A stretch of 43,516 nt of DNA from Candidatus Wolframiiraptor sinensis (GTDB taxonomy: Archaea > Thermoproteota > Nitrososphaeria_A > Caldarchaeales > Wolframiiraptoraceae). The translations under genes and the position numbers were made by a program. The DNA lies in NCBI GenBank assembly GCA_023261815.1, contig JALNKA010000007.1, positions 1-43,516 on the forward strand. Reading direction: 5' to 3'. Below the pieces are notes generated by a model that had not been told where the DNA came from, ran no database searches, and was given only the letters and a program-made list of their open reading frames with translations. This document shows positions 35,701 through 43,516 of this stretch, one piece after another (the stretch's first letter is position 1; every line of letters starts with the position of its first letter).

Positions 35701-36156
35701 GTTCTCCTTAGTAGCGTGGATCACTACTTCATAATAGGCGCGCAGTCTCAGGGAGCAATCCTCGTCAGCCAGTACGGCCTAGAGGCGATACCCATGGGCT
35801 ACCTAGTCTTCGGAGGCGATACTGCTGTGGCTGCTATGGGGAGAGCGCTTCCGCTACCGCCGAGCCGCGGTGAGGTGGCGGCATGCTACGCCCTCGCCGC
35901 GCAATATCTCGGCATGAGATTCGTCTATCTCGAGGCTGGCTCGGGCGCGGAGAGACCTATACCCCCGCAGACGATCAGGGCTGTCAGGAGAGCCGTCAGC
36001 GTACCGATAATTGTTGGTGGTGGAATCAGGAGGCCCGAGGATGCGGTTGAGTCCCTTAAAGCTGGAGCGGATATAATCGTGACCGGGACGATCGCCGAGG
36101 AGAGCTTCGAGCGTCGCAGGGAGATCATTCGAGCCATAAAGAGCTTTAAGCCATAG
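35701..36156 (+). pseudogene. 3' remnant of the native (GC-rich) GGGP synthase; first ~100 codons missing
   Basis: In-frame homology starts at 35701 (VLLSSVDHYFIIGAQ versus VLMNSLDWYFVMGAQ); lacks the N-terminal DPD and VGGS motifs. Confidence 0.9.
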
Positions 36157-36216
36157 ATCTACTCGCACTTTACAATCCATAAAGCTTAAAGGTGCAGCTG
36201 AGGAGCTTCCCTTTGT

Positions 36217-37317
36217 ATGATCGATCCGCGGGTATCCAGGCTCGCCGAGCTGGTAACAGATTATAGCGTCTCGGTTAGATCCGGTGACGAGGTTCTGATT
36301 AGGGCTGAGGTTGAGGCGCTGCCGCTCGTCAGGGAGCTCGTGAGGCTCGTGGTATTGAGGGGAGGCTATCCGCACATCATGCTGGGCGATAGCCAGGTGG
36401 ACGAGATCTTTTACAGGTATGCAAGCGACCCAGTGCTGAGGCATTTATCCCCAATAGAGAAGTTCATCCAAGAGAATATCGACGTCTCGATCTCAATAAT
36501 ATCGAGTAGCCACACGAAGCCGCTTGTGAGCGTCGATCCGGAGCGGATCAGGATTAGGAGGGCCGCGAGGGCAGAGCTTACCGAGATCTTCATGCGGAGG
36601 CAGGCCTCAGGCGAGCTCCGCTGGAACGTGACGATCTACCCGACGAACGCGCTAGCGCAGGAGGCCGGGATGGGGCCGGTCGAGTACGAGGAGTTCATCT
36701 TCAGCGCGTGCATGGTTGATCGGGATGACCCGATTGAGGCGTGGAGGAGGAAGGCCGAGGAGCAGGAGCGCATAGTCGGCCTGCTCAGCGAGGTCGATGA
36801 GCTCAGGGTTGTCGCCGAGAAAACTGATCTCCTTATCAAGGTTGGTGGGAGAAAGTGGATAAACGATGATGGCCATCATAATATGCCGGCTGGAGAGGTG
36901 TTCACGGCGCCCGTCGAGGATGGGGTGGAGGGCCGCGTGGCCTTCAGCTTCCCGGCGATATGGGGCGGATTTGAGGTCGATGGAGTGAGGCTCGAGTTCA
37001 GGAACGGCGCAATCGTGAATGCATCAGCGGAGAAGGGAGCGGATAAGCTGAGGAAGATCATCGAGACCGATGAGGGGTCGAGGAGGCTCGGCGAGGTGGC
37101 CTTCGGCCTAAACTACAACATCACGAGGCCCACGAAGCAGATACTGCTGGATGAGAAGATAGGCGGAACCATGCACATGGCCTTGGGAGCGGCATACCCC
37201 GAGACAGGCGGGACTAACAAGTCCTCGATACACTGGGACCTCATCCTCGACCTGAGGCGGGGCAGGGTCTACGGGGACAACGAGCTGATCTACGAGAACG
37301 GTAGATTCCTGGCCTAA
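36217..37317 (+). CDS. Aminopeptidase, M29 (AmpS/AmpT) family
   Basis: NMPAGEVFTAP, RRLGEVAFG, DEKIGGTMHMALG, NKSSIHWD. Confidence 0.94.
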   Translation: MIDPRVSRLAELVTDYSVSVRSGDEVLIRAEVEALPLVRELVRLVVLRGGYPHIMLGDSQVDEIFYRYASDPVLRHLSPIEKFIQENIDVSISIISSSHTKPLVSVDPERIRIRRAARAELTEIFMRRQASGELRWNVTIYPTNALAQEAGMGPVEYEEFIFSACMVDRDDPIEAWRRKAEEQERIVGLLSEVDELRVVAEKTDLLIKVGGRKWINDDGHHNMPAGEVFTAPVEDGVEGRVAFSFPAIWGGFEVDGVRLEFRNGAIVNASAEKGADKLRKIIETDEGSRRLGEVAFGLNYNITRPTKQILLDEKIGGTMHMALGAAYPETGGTNKSSIHWDLILDLRRGRVYGDNELIYENGRFLA

Positions 37318-37351
37318 TTATTCATTAAGTGCTTTTACAGGCTAGTAGCCC

Positions 37352-38113
37352 GTGAAGGCTGGGCTCATGGAGCCATTCGAGAGGGTCTCGACCGGGATCC
37401 CGAAGCTCGATCAAATGCTCGGCGGAGGTCTGCTTAAGGGCAAGACCTACCTCGTCACGGGCGAGACCGGCGTCGGCAAGACAATCTTGAGCCTCCAGTT
37501 TCTCCTAGAAGGGCTGAGGAACGGCGAGAACTGCATCTACATATCGCTCGATGAGAGGATCGAGGGCGTGTTGAGGGGAGCCCTATCCCTTGGATGGAAC
37601 ATGTGGGAATACATCGAGCAGGGGATATTCCATCCATTCGAGCTGAGGCTCTACGCCGAGGACCTCAGGAGATTCGGGAAGGAGAGCAGGGCGTTCGTCA
37701 ATGCCCTGGCGAGGATTGCCGCCGGCAGGCCCGTTAGCAGGATAGTCTTGGACCCGATATCGGCGCTCGCGGCTGGCGCCAAGGAGGAGCTTGTTATAAG
37801 AGAATATCTGAGGGAGATAGTGAATATGATGGAGGAGAGGTTTGGGGCCACGACCGTTCTCACATGCGATATTCCAACGGGATCCAATAAGCTCAGTAGA
37901 TTCGGGTTCGAGGAGTTCCTCTCATCCGGCGTGATAGTGCTTGGCGTGATGAGGTTTTACGGGAAGCTGCTGAAGACGATCTACGTAAGGAAGATGAGGT
38001 GGAGCAAGGTGGACTCGGCAATCTACACCTTCGAGATTAGGCCCGGCGAGGGCATAGTCATATTGGAGCCGCTCTCGGAGGTCATGGACAGCAGCATGCT
38101 GAGTAACCTTTAA
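37352..38113 (+). CDS. Single-domain KaiC/RAD55-like ATPase
   Basis: STGIPKLDQMLGGG, GETGVGKT, RIVLDPIS, RKMR. Confidence 0.9.
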   Translation: MKAGLMEPFERVSTGIPKLDQMLGGGLLKGKTYLVTGETGVGKTILSLQFLLEGLRNGENCIYISLDERIEGVLRGALSLGWNMWEYIEQGIFHPFELRLYAEDLRRFGKESRAFVNALARIAAGRPVSRIVLDPISALAAGAKEELVIREYLREIVNMMEERFGATTVLTCDIPTGSNKLSRFGFEEFLSSGVIVLGVMRFYGKLLKTIYVRKMRWSKVDSAIYTFEIRPGEGIVILEPLSEVMDSSMLSNL

Positions 38114-38148
38114 TGCCCCACGTGGATTTCAGGGAGGTGGCGAGCTGC

Positions 38149-38379
38149 ATGGGAAAGGTCTCGAAGGGTGTTAAGTGCTCCGTGGCCGGCTGCGCGGAGA
38201 AGGCCGTGAAATCCGTCTCAGCCCAGCGCATCCCCTCAAGCATGAAGATCGAGGGCTCCGGAAGGAGAGCTTATCTCTGCGAAACTCACTGGAAGCAGCT
38301 CAAGAAGATGACTAGAGAGCAGCAGAAAGTTGAGAGGATGCGGCGCGTGGAAAGCTTCGGGTCGAAGGTGATTCTATGA
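38149..38379 (+). CDS. Small Cys/His zinc-binding conserved hypothetical protein
   Basis: MGKVSKGVKCSVAGC...RAYLCETHW; GGAGGTG SD before ATG 38149; stop overlaps the thrS start. Confidence 0.7.
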   Translation: MGKVSKGVKCSVAGCAEKAVKSVSAQRIPSSMKIEGSGRRAYLCETHWKQLKKMTREQQKVERMRRVESFGSKVIL

Positions 38380-40232
38380 AGATCTTAGCCCTCCATGTGG
38401 ATCACGTGGAGTATGAGCCGATTAGGCCCGAGAGCTCGATCTACGAGGAGGCTGAGAGAAAGGCCCATAGAATCGAGGACGCACTCCTGCTATTGACCTG
38501 CGTGGAGAAGGGTGATGATGCTGAGATCGCGATAAGGGCTCTCAGGGAGCTCGCGGAGCAAGCTAGAAAGCTCGGAGCCTCAAGGATCGTGATATACCCT
38601 TATGCTCACCTTAGCTCCAATCTCGCTCCGCCCAGCGAGGCCCTCTCAATACTCAGGGCCATGCGCGATGAAGCTCGCGCCCTAGGCATCGAGACATACT
38701 CGGCGCCATTCGGGTGGAATAAGAGGTTGGAGGTCTCCGTTAAGGGTCATCCGCTCGCCGAGCAGCTCAGGAGCTATGAGAGGGCAGGGGAGAGAGCCGA
38801 GGAGATTCCGCAGGCTCTGCTGCTTGAGGAGAGGCTTGAATCCTATTGGTATATTCTCACGCCGGAGGGAGATATGATCCCGGTCGAGGAGTATGACTTC
38901 AAGGGCCATGAGAATCTCGAGGCATTAGCGCGCTACGAGATCCAGAAGTCTAGAGCTGTTCTCGAGGAACCACCACACGTCTCCCTGATGAAGAGGCTGG
39001 AGATCGCGGATCATGAGCCGGCTAGCGACCCGGGAAATCTGAGATGGTATGCTAAGGGGAGGCTGATCAAGAGCCTCCTAGAGCAGTATGTCACTGAGAA
39101 GGTGATAGAGTACGGCGGGATAGAGGTCGAGACCCCCATAATGTATGACATGAACCACCCGAGCCTCAAGAGGTACCTCCACAAGTTTCCGGCAAGGCAG
39201 TACATCGTCGAGACCGAGGATAAGAGGTATTTCCTCAGGTTTGCGGCTTGCTTCGGCCAATTCCTCATCGCGAAGGATATGAGCCTCTCTTACAGAGATC
39301 TTCCACTAAGGCTTTACGAGCTCACGAGATATAGCTTCAGGAGGGAGAAGAGCGGGGAGCTCGTCGGATTAAAGAGGCTCAGGGCGTTCACGATGCCCGA
39401 TGTCCACGCGATATGCAGGGATCTCGAGCAGGCTAAGGAGGAGATGAGGAGGAGGCTGAAGCTTAGCCTGGAGGTCATGGAAGGCGTCGGGCTGACCAAG
39501 GATGACATCGAGATGGCGATAAGATTCACCAGGGACTTCTATGAGGAGCACAAGGACTTCATCTTCGAGCTCGTGAGGATGTTCGGGAAGCCCGTGCTGG
39601 CCGAGATGTGGAGCGAGCGCTACTTCTACTTCGTGCTAAAGTGGGAGTTCAACTTCGTGGACTGCCAGCGCAAGGCCGCAGCTCTCTCGACGGACCAGAT
39701 AGACGTGGAAAACGCATCATCTTACGGCATAACATACGTGAATGAGCGGGGCGAGAAGATGTATCCAATAATCCTCCACTGCTCTCCGAGCGGTGCGATA
39801 GAGCGCGTCATCTACGCCCTCCTCGAGAAGGCTTACCTCGCAATGATGCGCGGCGAGAAGCCCATGCTCCCCCTCTGGCTAACGCCGACGCAGGTCAGGC
39901 TGATCCCGGTGAAGCCCGAGTATCTCGACGACTGCCTCAAGATACTCGAGAGGCTCGAGAAAGCCCAGATAAGAGCCGACATAGATGATCGGGATGAATC
40001 CGTGGATAGGAGGATAAGGGATGCGGAGACGGAGTGGATTCACTACATCGTGGTTTATGGTGAGAGGGAGAGGAAGGGCGGGCTCCTGAGCGTGAGGAGG
40101 AGGGCGACGGGCAGCGTCGAGAAGATCTCGCTCGACGACCTGATCAGCGAGATAAGGAAGGAGATTGGCGGCAAACCATTCAAGAAGCTCCCGCTTCCGA
40201 AGCTACTATCAAAGAGGCCCTCATTCAGGTGA
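38376..40232 (+). CDS. thrS: Threonine--tRNA ligase, archaeal type with N-terminal editing domain
   Basis: IYPYAHLSS, APFGW.K, GHPLAE, LRFAACFGQF, SFRREKSGE, FTMPDVH, LHCSPSGAIER. Confidence 0.97.
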   Translation: MKILALHVDHVEYEPIRPESSIYEEAERKAHRIEDALLLLTCVEKGDDAEIAIRALRELAEQARKLGASRIVIYPYAHLSSNLAPPSEALSILRAMRDEARALGIETYSAPFGWNKRLEVSVKGHPLAEQLRSYERAGERAEEIPQALLLEERLESYWYILTPEGDMIPVEEYDFKGHENLEALARYEIQKSRAVLEEPPHVSLMKRLEIADHEPASDPGNLRWYAKGRLIKSLLEQYVTEKVIEYGGIEVETPIMYDMNHPSLKRYLHKFPARQYIVETEDKRYFLRFAACFGQFLIAKDMSLSYRDLPLRLYELTRYSFRREKSGELVGLKRLRAFTMPDVHAICRDLEQAKEEMRRRLKLSLEVMEGVGLTKDDIEMAIRFTRDFYEEHKDFIFELVRMFGKPVLAEMWSERYFYFVLKWEFNFVDCQRKAAALSTDQIDVENASSYGITYVNERGEKMYPIILHCSPSGAIERVIYALLEKAYLAMMRGEKPMLPLWLTPTQVRLIPVKPEYLDDCLKILERLEKAQIRADIDDRDESVDRRIRDAETEWIHYIVVYGERERKGGLLSVRRRATGSVEKISLDDLISEIRKEIGGKPFKKLPLPKLLSKRPSFR

Positions 40233-40790
40233 TCTCGAGCGCGGCATTACTATCACTCCCTCGCTCCTTTCCCCGAACTCCACATAATTCCCTTCGAGAT
40301 AATGCAAGCCGACAAGCGCGCATATCACCGCGTCGAGGACGTGCTGATCCAAGTCTTCTGGCAATCCTATCACGCCGCGCGAGATCAGGGCTCTGCGGAG
40401 AGCCTCAATCCCATCCTTCTTTGATGGAAGTCCCAGGACTTTCCGAGCGCCGGTCGGAAACACTTCTATGACGTCATAGCCGCGGGATCTTAGGATTCCA
40501 GCGAGCCCGATAGCCCTCTCGGTAAGCCTCCTCATGCCGCCCAGAGTAGGCGGGAGAACCCTGACGCCGGCTCTCCTAAGCTCCTCATCGCACTTCCTCA
40601 AGTTGCCGGACCTCGGAAAGCTCAATGGAGCATCGATGGCGACCACCTCGACATCATGCTCATCCGCGAAGAGCAGTATCTCGTCATCGGAGAGAGCGCA
40701 GGAGACATCGACATGCATATCGCGGTCTAGATAGCAGAGGCCTGTAATCCCCTTCGGGGAGCCGGCGAGGTCAACGCCAACGGCGCCCAA
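40221..40790 (-). CDS. DUF429 RNase H-like protein
   Basis: VGVDLAG, AIDAPLS, R.CDEEL, IEVFP, LDAVICA. Confidence 0.88.
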   Translation of the reverse strand: MGAVGVDLAGSPKGITGLCYLDRDMHVDVSCALSDDEILLFADEHDVEVVAIDAPLSFPRSGNLRKCDEELRRAGVRVLPPTLGGMRRLTERAIGLAGILRSRGYDVIEVFPTGARKVLGLPSKKDGIEALRRALISRGVIGLPEDLDQHVLDAVICALVGLHYLEGNYVEFGERSEGVIVMPRSRSPE

Positions 40791-40851
40791 TGCTCGAGAA
40801 AAACTCGCGCAAACTAAAGCATAAATAAATCCCTGGGAAGCCCATGATTGG

Positions 40852-40955
40852 GGGCCCGTAGCTCAGTCAGGTAGAGCGGTGGGCTCTTAGGGAGGAAGTT
40901 ATCTCAGCCCTCCAAGGAGACCCATTGGTCGGGGGTTCAAATCCCCCCGGGCCCG
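40852..40955 (+). tRNA. tRNA-Lys(CTT) with a 30-nt intron at 37/38 (40890-40919)
   Basis: GGGCCCG acceptor, GTGGG-CT-CTT-A-[intron]-A-CCCAT, GGGGG-TTCAAAT-CCCCC; intron helix GGAGG/CCTCC gives a BHB-like junction. Confidence 0.93.
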
Positions 40956-41032
40956 AATCACATGGAGGTCGAGGCTCCAGGCTTGGAGAGCTAGTTTAAA
41001 TCACAGGGTTATTCTCAGTAGCGCTTTAGGAG

Positions 41033-41566
41033 ATGCGCGCGAGGATCGTTTCGAGCGAGCAGGTTTATGAGGGCAGAGCCGTATCCTTGAGGAGGGAGCT
41101 CGTCGAGCTTCCATCAGGTAAGAGGTTCTACCGCGAGATCGTTGTTCACTCGGGCGCCTCGGCCGTGATCCCCATCACTCCCAGCGGAAAGATCGTTTTC
41201 GTCAAGCAATATAGGCGCCCCATCGGCGAGTATATTCTCGAGATTCCTGCTGGGACTCTTAGGCCCGGCGAGGATCCGGAGGCCTGCGCTAGGAGGGAGC
41301 TCGAGGAGGAGACGGGATATGCTGCCGACGAGCTCATTCACCTGATCACAATATATCCCTGCCCCGGATATAGTAGCGAGAGGCTCCACATTTACCTGGC
41401 GAGGGGGCTGAGGAGGGGTGCTCAGAGCCTCGAGATAGACGAGGACTTATCGGTTGTGGAGCTGGGCCTCGAGGAGGCGCTTGACGCGATAAGGAGAAGC
41501 GAGATAAGGGATGCGAAGACGATAACGGCGATCCTCTACTACTACAACTTTGTCACGAAGTGCTGA
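41033..41566 (+). CDS. Nudix hydrolase (ADP-ribose pyrophosphatase-like)
   Basis: KQYR, EIPAG...E...ARRELEEETG, DAKT. Confidence 0.93.
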   Translation: MRARIVSSEQVYEGRAVSLRRELVELPSGKRFYREIVVHSGASAVIPITPSGKIVFVKQYRRPIGEYILEIPAGTLRPGEDPEACARRELEEETGYAADELIHLITIYPCPGYSSERLHIYLARGLRRGAQSLEIDEDLSVVELGLEEALDAIRRSEIRDAKTITAILYYYNFVTKC

Positions 41567-42522
41567 TAACCCTTGTCCTCGAGAATCCTCCACTCGCCCC
41601 TCCACCTGACTTTTATCGCCTTATCCTCGGACGCTCTCCCTATGGCTATCAGCCTTCCACCAGCCCTCTCAACCGCTTCGCGCGCCGCATCAAATAGCAA
41701 CGGCTTTATCGTTACGACCAGCTCATACTCCTCGCCACCATAGAAGACGAGGCTGAATAGATCTAAGCCGTATCTCGTGGCATATTCCTCGGCGTCGCGG
41801 CTAACCGGCGGCTCATCAATTATGAAGCCCACGTCATTTAACCTGCATAGCTCATGCAGCGATCTAGCGAGGCCATCACTCGAGTCTATTGAGGATGATG
41901 CGGCGCCCGTTCTCGCGAGCTCCACCCCCTCCCTCACCCTAGCGATCGGCCTCGAGAAGCTCTTGATCACCCTCTCGGCGAGTAGGTCGCCCCTCACTCC
42001 CGCGAGAAGCGCGTGAAGGCCCGCCGCCTGCGAACCGAACTCGCCAGTCACAGCCAATATGTCTCCTGACCTAGCTCCAATCCTGGAGATTGTTCGATCA
42101 GCTTTCCCGATGCACGCGACGTCTATTATTATCTCGTCCCCGGAGCTCAGATCTCCTCCCACGATTCTTCCGCCATAGAGTTTAGCCGCCTCCTCCAGGC
42201 CCGCCCAAAGCTCCTGAAAATCTTCCAGGAGCATGTCGCCGGGGAGCATGAGCGAAATGAGGTATGCTATCGGAGCGCCGCCCTTTGCCGCCACGTCGCT
42301 CGTCGCCGCGGTCACCGCCTTGAAGCCGGCATCCCTCAAGCTCATCCCCTCAGGGATATCCGTGGACTTGGCAAGCATATCGCATGACATGATAAGCCTT
42401 CCCTCGAATAGCATGTCGGCGGCATCATCTCCGGGCGGGAGCGATGCGCCCTCGCACTCATCGAGCCGCCCGCGTATCCAGTCTAGGAGCCATCTCTCGC
42501 CGAGATCCCTAAGCCTCCTCAT
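41542..42522 (-). CDS. thiL: Thiamine-monophosphate kinase
   Basis: GDDAA, SDVAAKG, GGDL, R.GARSGD, DSSDGL, GGEEYEL, GYQHF; ATG 42522 overlaps the upstream stop. Confidence 0.94.
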   Translation of the reverse strand: MRRLRDLGERWLLDWIRGRLDECEGASLPPGDDAADMLFEGRLIMSCDMLAKSTDIPEGMSLRDAGFKAVTAATSDVAAKGGAPIAYLISLMLPGDMLLEDFQELWAGLEEAAKLYGGRIVGGDLSSGDEIIIDVACIGKADRTISRIGARSGDILAVTGEFGSQAAGLHALLAGVRGDLLAERVIKSFSRPIARVREGVELARTGAASSSIDSSDGLARSLHELCRLNDVGFIIDEPPVSRDAEEYATRYGLDLFSLVFYGGEEYELVVTIKPLLFDAAREAVERAGGRLIAIGRASEDKAIKVRWRGEWRILEDKGYQHFVTKL

Positions 42523-43259
42523 CTCCGCACGATCCTCCTGAACATCATCCTTAAGCACCAAAATGCATAGCGCGCGATCTCGCCTCCCCCAAGCTTGGAC
42601 TTTCCAGCCCTCCTCGGGAGAAATCTAAGAGGATATTCCTCGACTCTGCATCCGGCCTCATAGAGCAGGTAAAGTAGCTGGACTTGGAAGACGTATCCGG
42701 ACCAGAGGGCGCTCAGACGATCTATTACCTTCCGGAGAGCTGAGGATCTGATCACCCTAAAGCCAGAGGTCGCGTCCCTGACCCTGACGCCGGTCGAGAT
42801 CCTCGCCAGCAGATTGGCTCCACGGCTCACCATGACGCGGTGAATAGAGCCCTCAACCCATCCGCCGCCCGGAACATACCTCGAGCCTATCACGACGTCA
42901 GCGCCGGAGTGCTCAGCGTGCTCGAGCATCCCGAGAAGCGTCTCGGGAGGATGACTTCCATCAGCATCCATCTCGCAAACATACTCGGCCCAGCCATGCG
43001 CCTCCAAGGCCCTCCTAAACCCATCTATGTACGCGGAGCCTATGCCCATTTTCCCTGGCCTCTCGAGCAGATCTATTCCAGGGCGGGAAGCAGCTAGGCC
43101 GCGGACAACATCAGCCGTGCCATCAGGGCTCGAATCATCAACTATCAAGACCGCAGTCCTCCAGCCGGCGCCCTCGAGAAGATCTAGAATCACCGGGATA
43201 AGCCATCGAATATTCTCCGCCTCATTATATGTCGGAATGACGACAACGACGCCCCTCAA
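42519..43259 (-). CDS. Polyprenol/dolichol-phosphate mannose synthase (DPM1-like GT2), no TM domain
   Basis: IPTYNEAENI, VDDSSPDGT, MDADGSH, GSRY, DATSGFR, R.AGKSKL; probable TTG start at 43259. Confidence 0.9.
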   Translation of the reverse strand: MRGVVVVIPTYNEAENIRWLIPVILDLLEGAGWRTAVLIVDDSSPDGTADVVRGLAASRPGIDLLERPGKMGIGSAYIDGFRRALEAHGWAEYVCEMDADGSHPPETLLGMLEHAEHSGADVVIGSRYVPGGGWVEGSIHRVMVSRGANLLARISTGVRVRDATSGFRVIRSSALRKVIDRLSALWSGYVFQVQLLYLLYEAGCRVEEYPLRFLPRRAGKSKLGGGEIARYAFWCLRMMFRRIVRR

Positions 43260-43389
43260 GCCATTAAGAGGAAGCTTATGCAGCAATAAAAATCAAGCGA
43301 GCCCATGCTACACCTCAGGCTTTATCGGCACCAGGATTACTATCTGATCAAGAAATCTGAGCCATGTCTTTTCTCCAGACTTAATAATA

Positions 43390-43462
43390 AGCCCCGGGCG
43401 GGCTTTGAACCCGCGGCCTGCGGCTTACGAGGCCGCCGCTCTACCAGCTGAGCTACCGGGGC
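43390..43462 (-). tRNA. tRNA-Thr(CGT)
   Basis: GCCCCGG/CCGGGGC acceptor, GCGGC-CTCGTAA-GCCGC anticodon arm, GCGGG-TTCAAAG-CCCGC. Confidence 0.96.
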
Positions 43463-43516
43463 GCATTATTGAAATTTCTTTTGCTTAGATTTAGCTCTTA
43501 CAGTTTGGACTGGATT

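Noticed and set aside
37352-38113. KaiC-like ATPase as a clock component
   Set aside because: Single-domain RAD55/KaiC proteins are widespread in archaea; no kaiA/kaiB nearby.
1-43516. CRISPR arrays, IS transposases, inteins, rRNA
   Set aside because: No regularly spaced repeats, transposase motifs, in-frame intein insertions or rRNA-like sequence seen by eye.

Overview
Archaeal chromosome segment, mostly GC-rich housekeeping genes. The gene content (Elf1, Kae1-Bud32-RdgB cluster, Gins51, intron-containing tRNA, tungsten-type AOR) points to a Thermoproteota/TACK thermophile, plausibly Caldarchaeales ('Aigarchaeota'); that placement is inference. It holds about 45 CDS for translation, tRNA modification, replication, cofactor and lipid synthesis, and 3 tRNAs (Arg-CCG, Lys-CTT with a 30-nt intron, Thr-CGT). 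Two regions stand out. (1) A ~1.9 kb AT-rich insert at ~33790-35700 sits where the 5' part of the native GGGP synthase gene should be. It carries an HTH/double-LAGLIDADG endonuclease gene (frameshifted), a complete divergent GGGP synthase in inverted orientation with its own promoter, and a tRNA-3'-end-like scar at its left edge, which looks like a 'cleave-and-rescue' gene-replacement cassette. (2) A membrane cluster at 11.9-16.3 kb has a protein O-mannosyltransferase-like and a GT87-like GT-C enzyme next to a small two-TM protein resembling eukaryotic DPM2, and a soluble DPM1-like synthase lies later in the window. Also seen: pheS with no canonical in-frame start, a wHTH-TM gene broken at a G_GGA_AAA slippery site, an HTH-like domain fused to PPAT, an unannotated 37-aa TM protein upstream of priS, and strong palindromes in two divergent promoters. 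All family calls come from motif recognition by eye; no searches were run.
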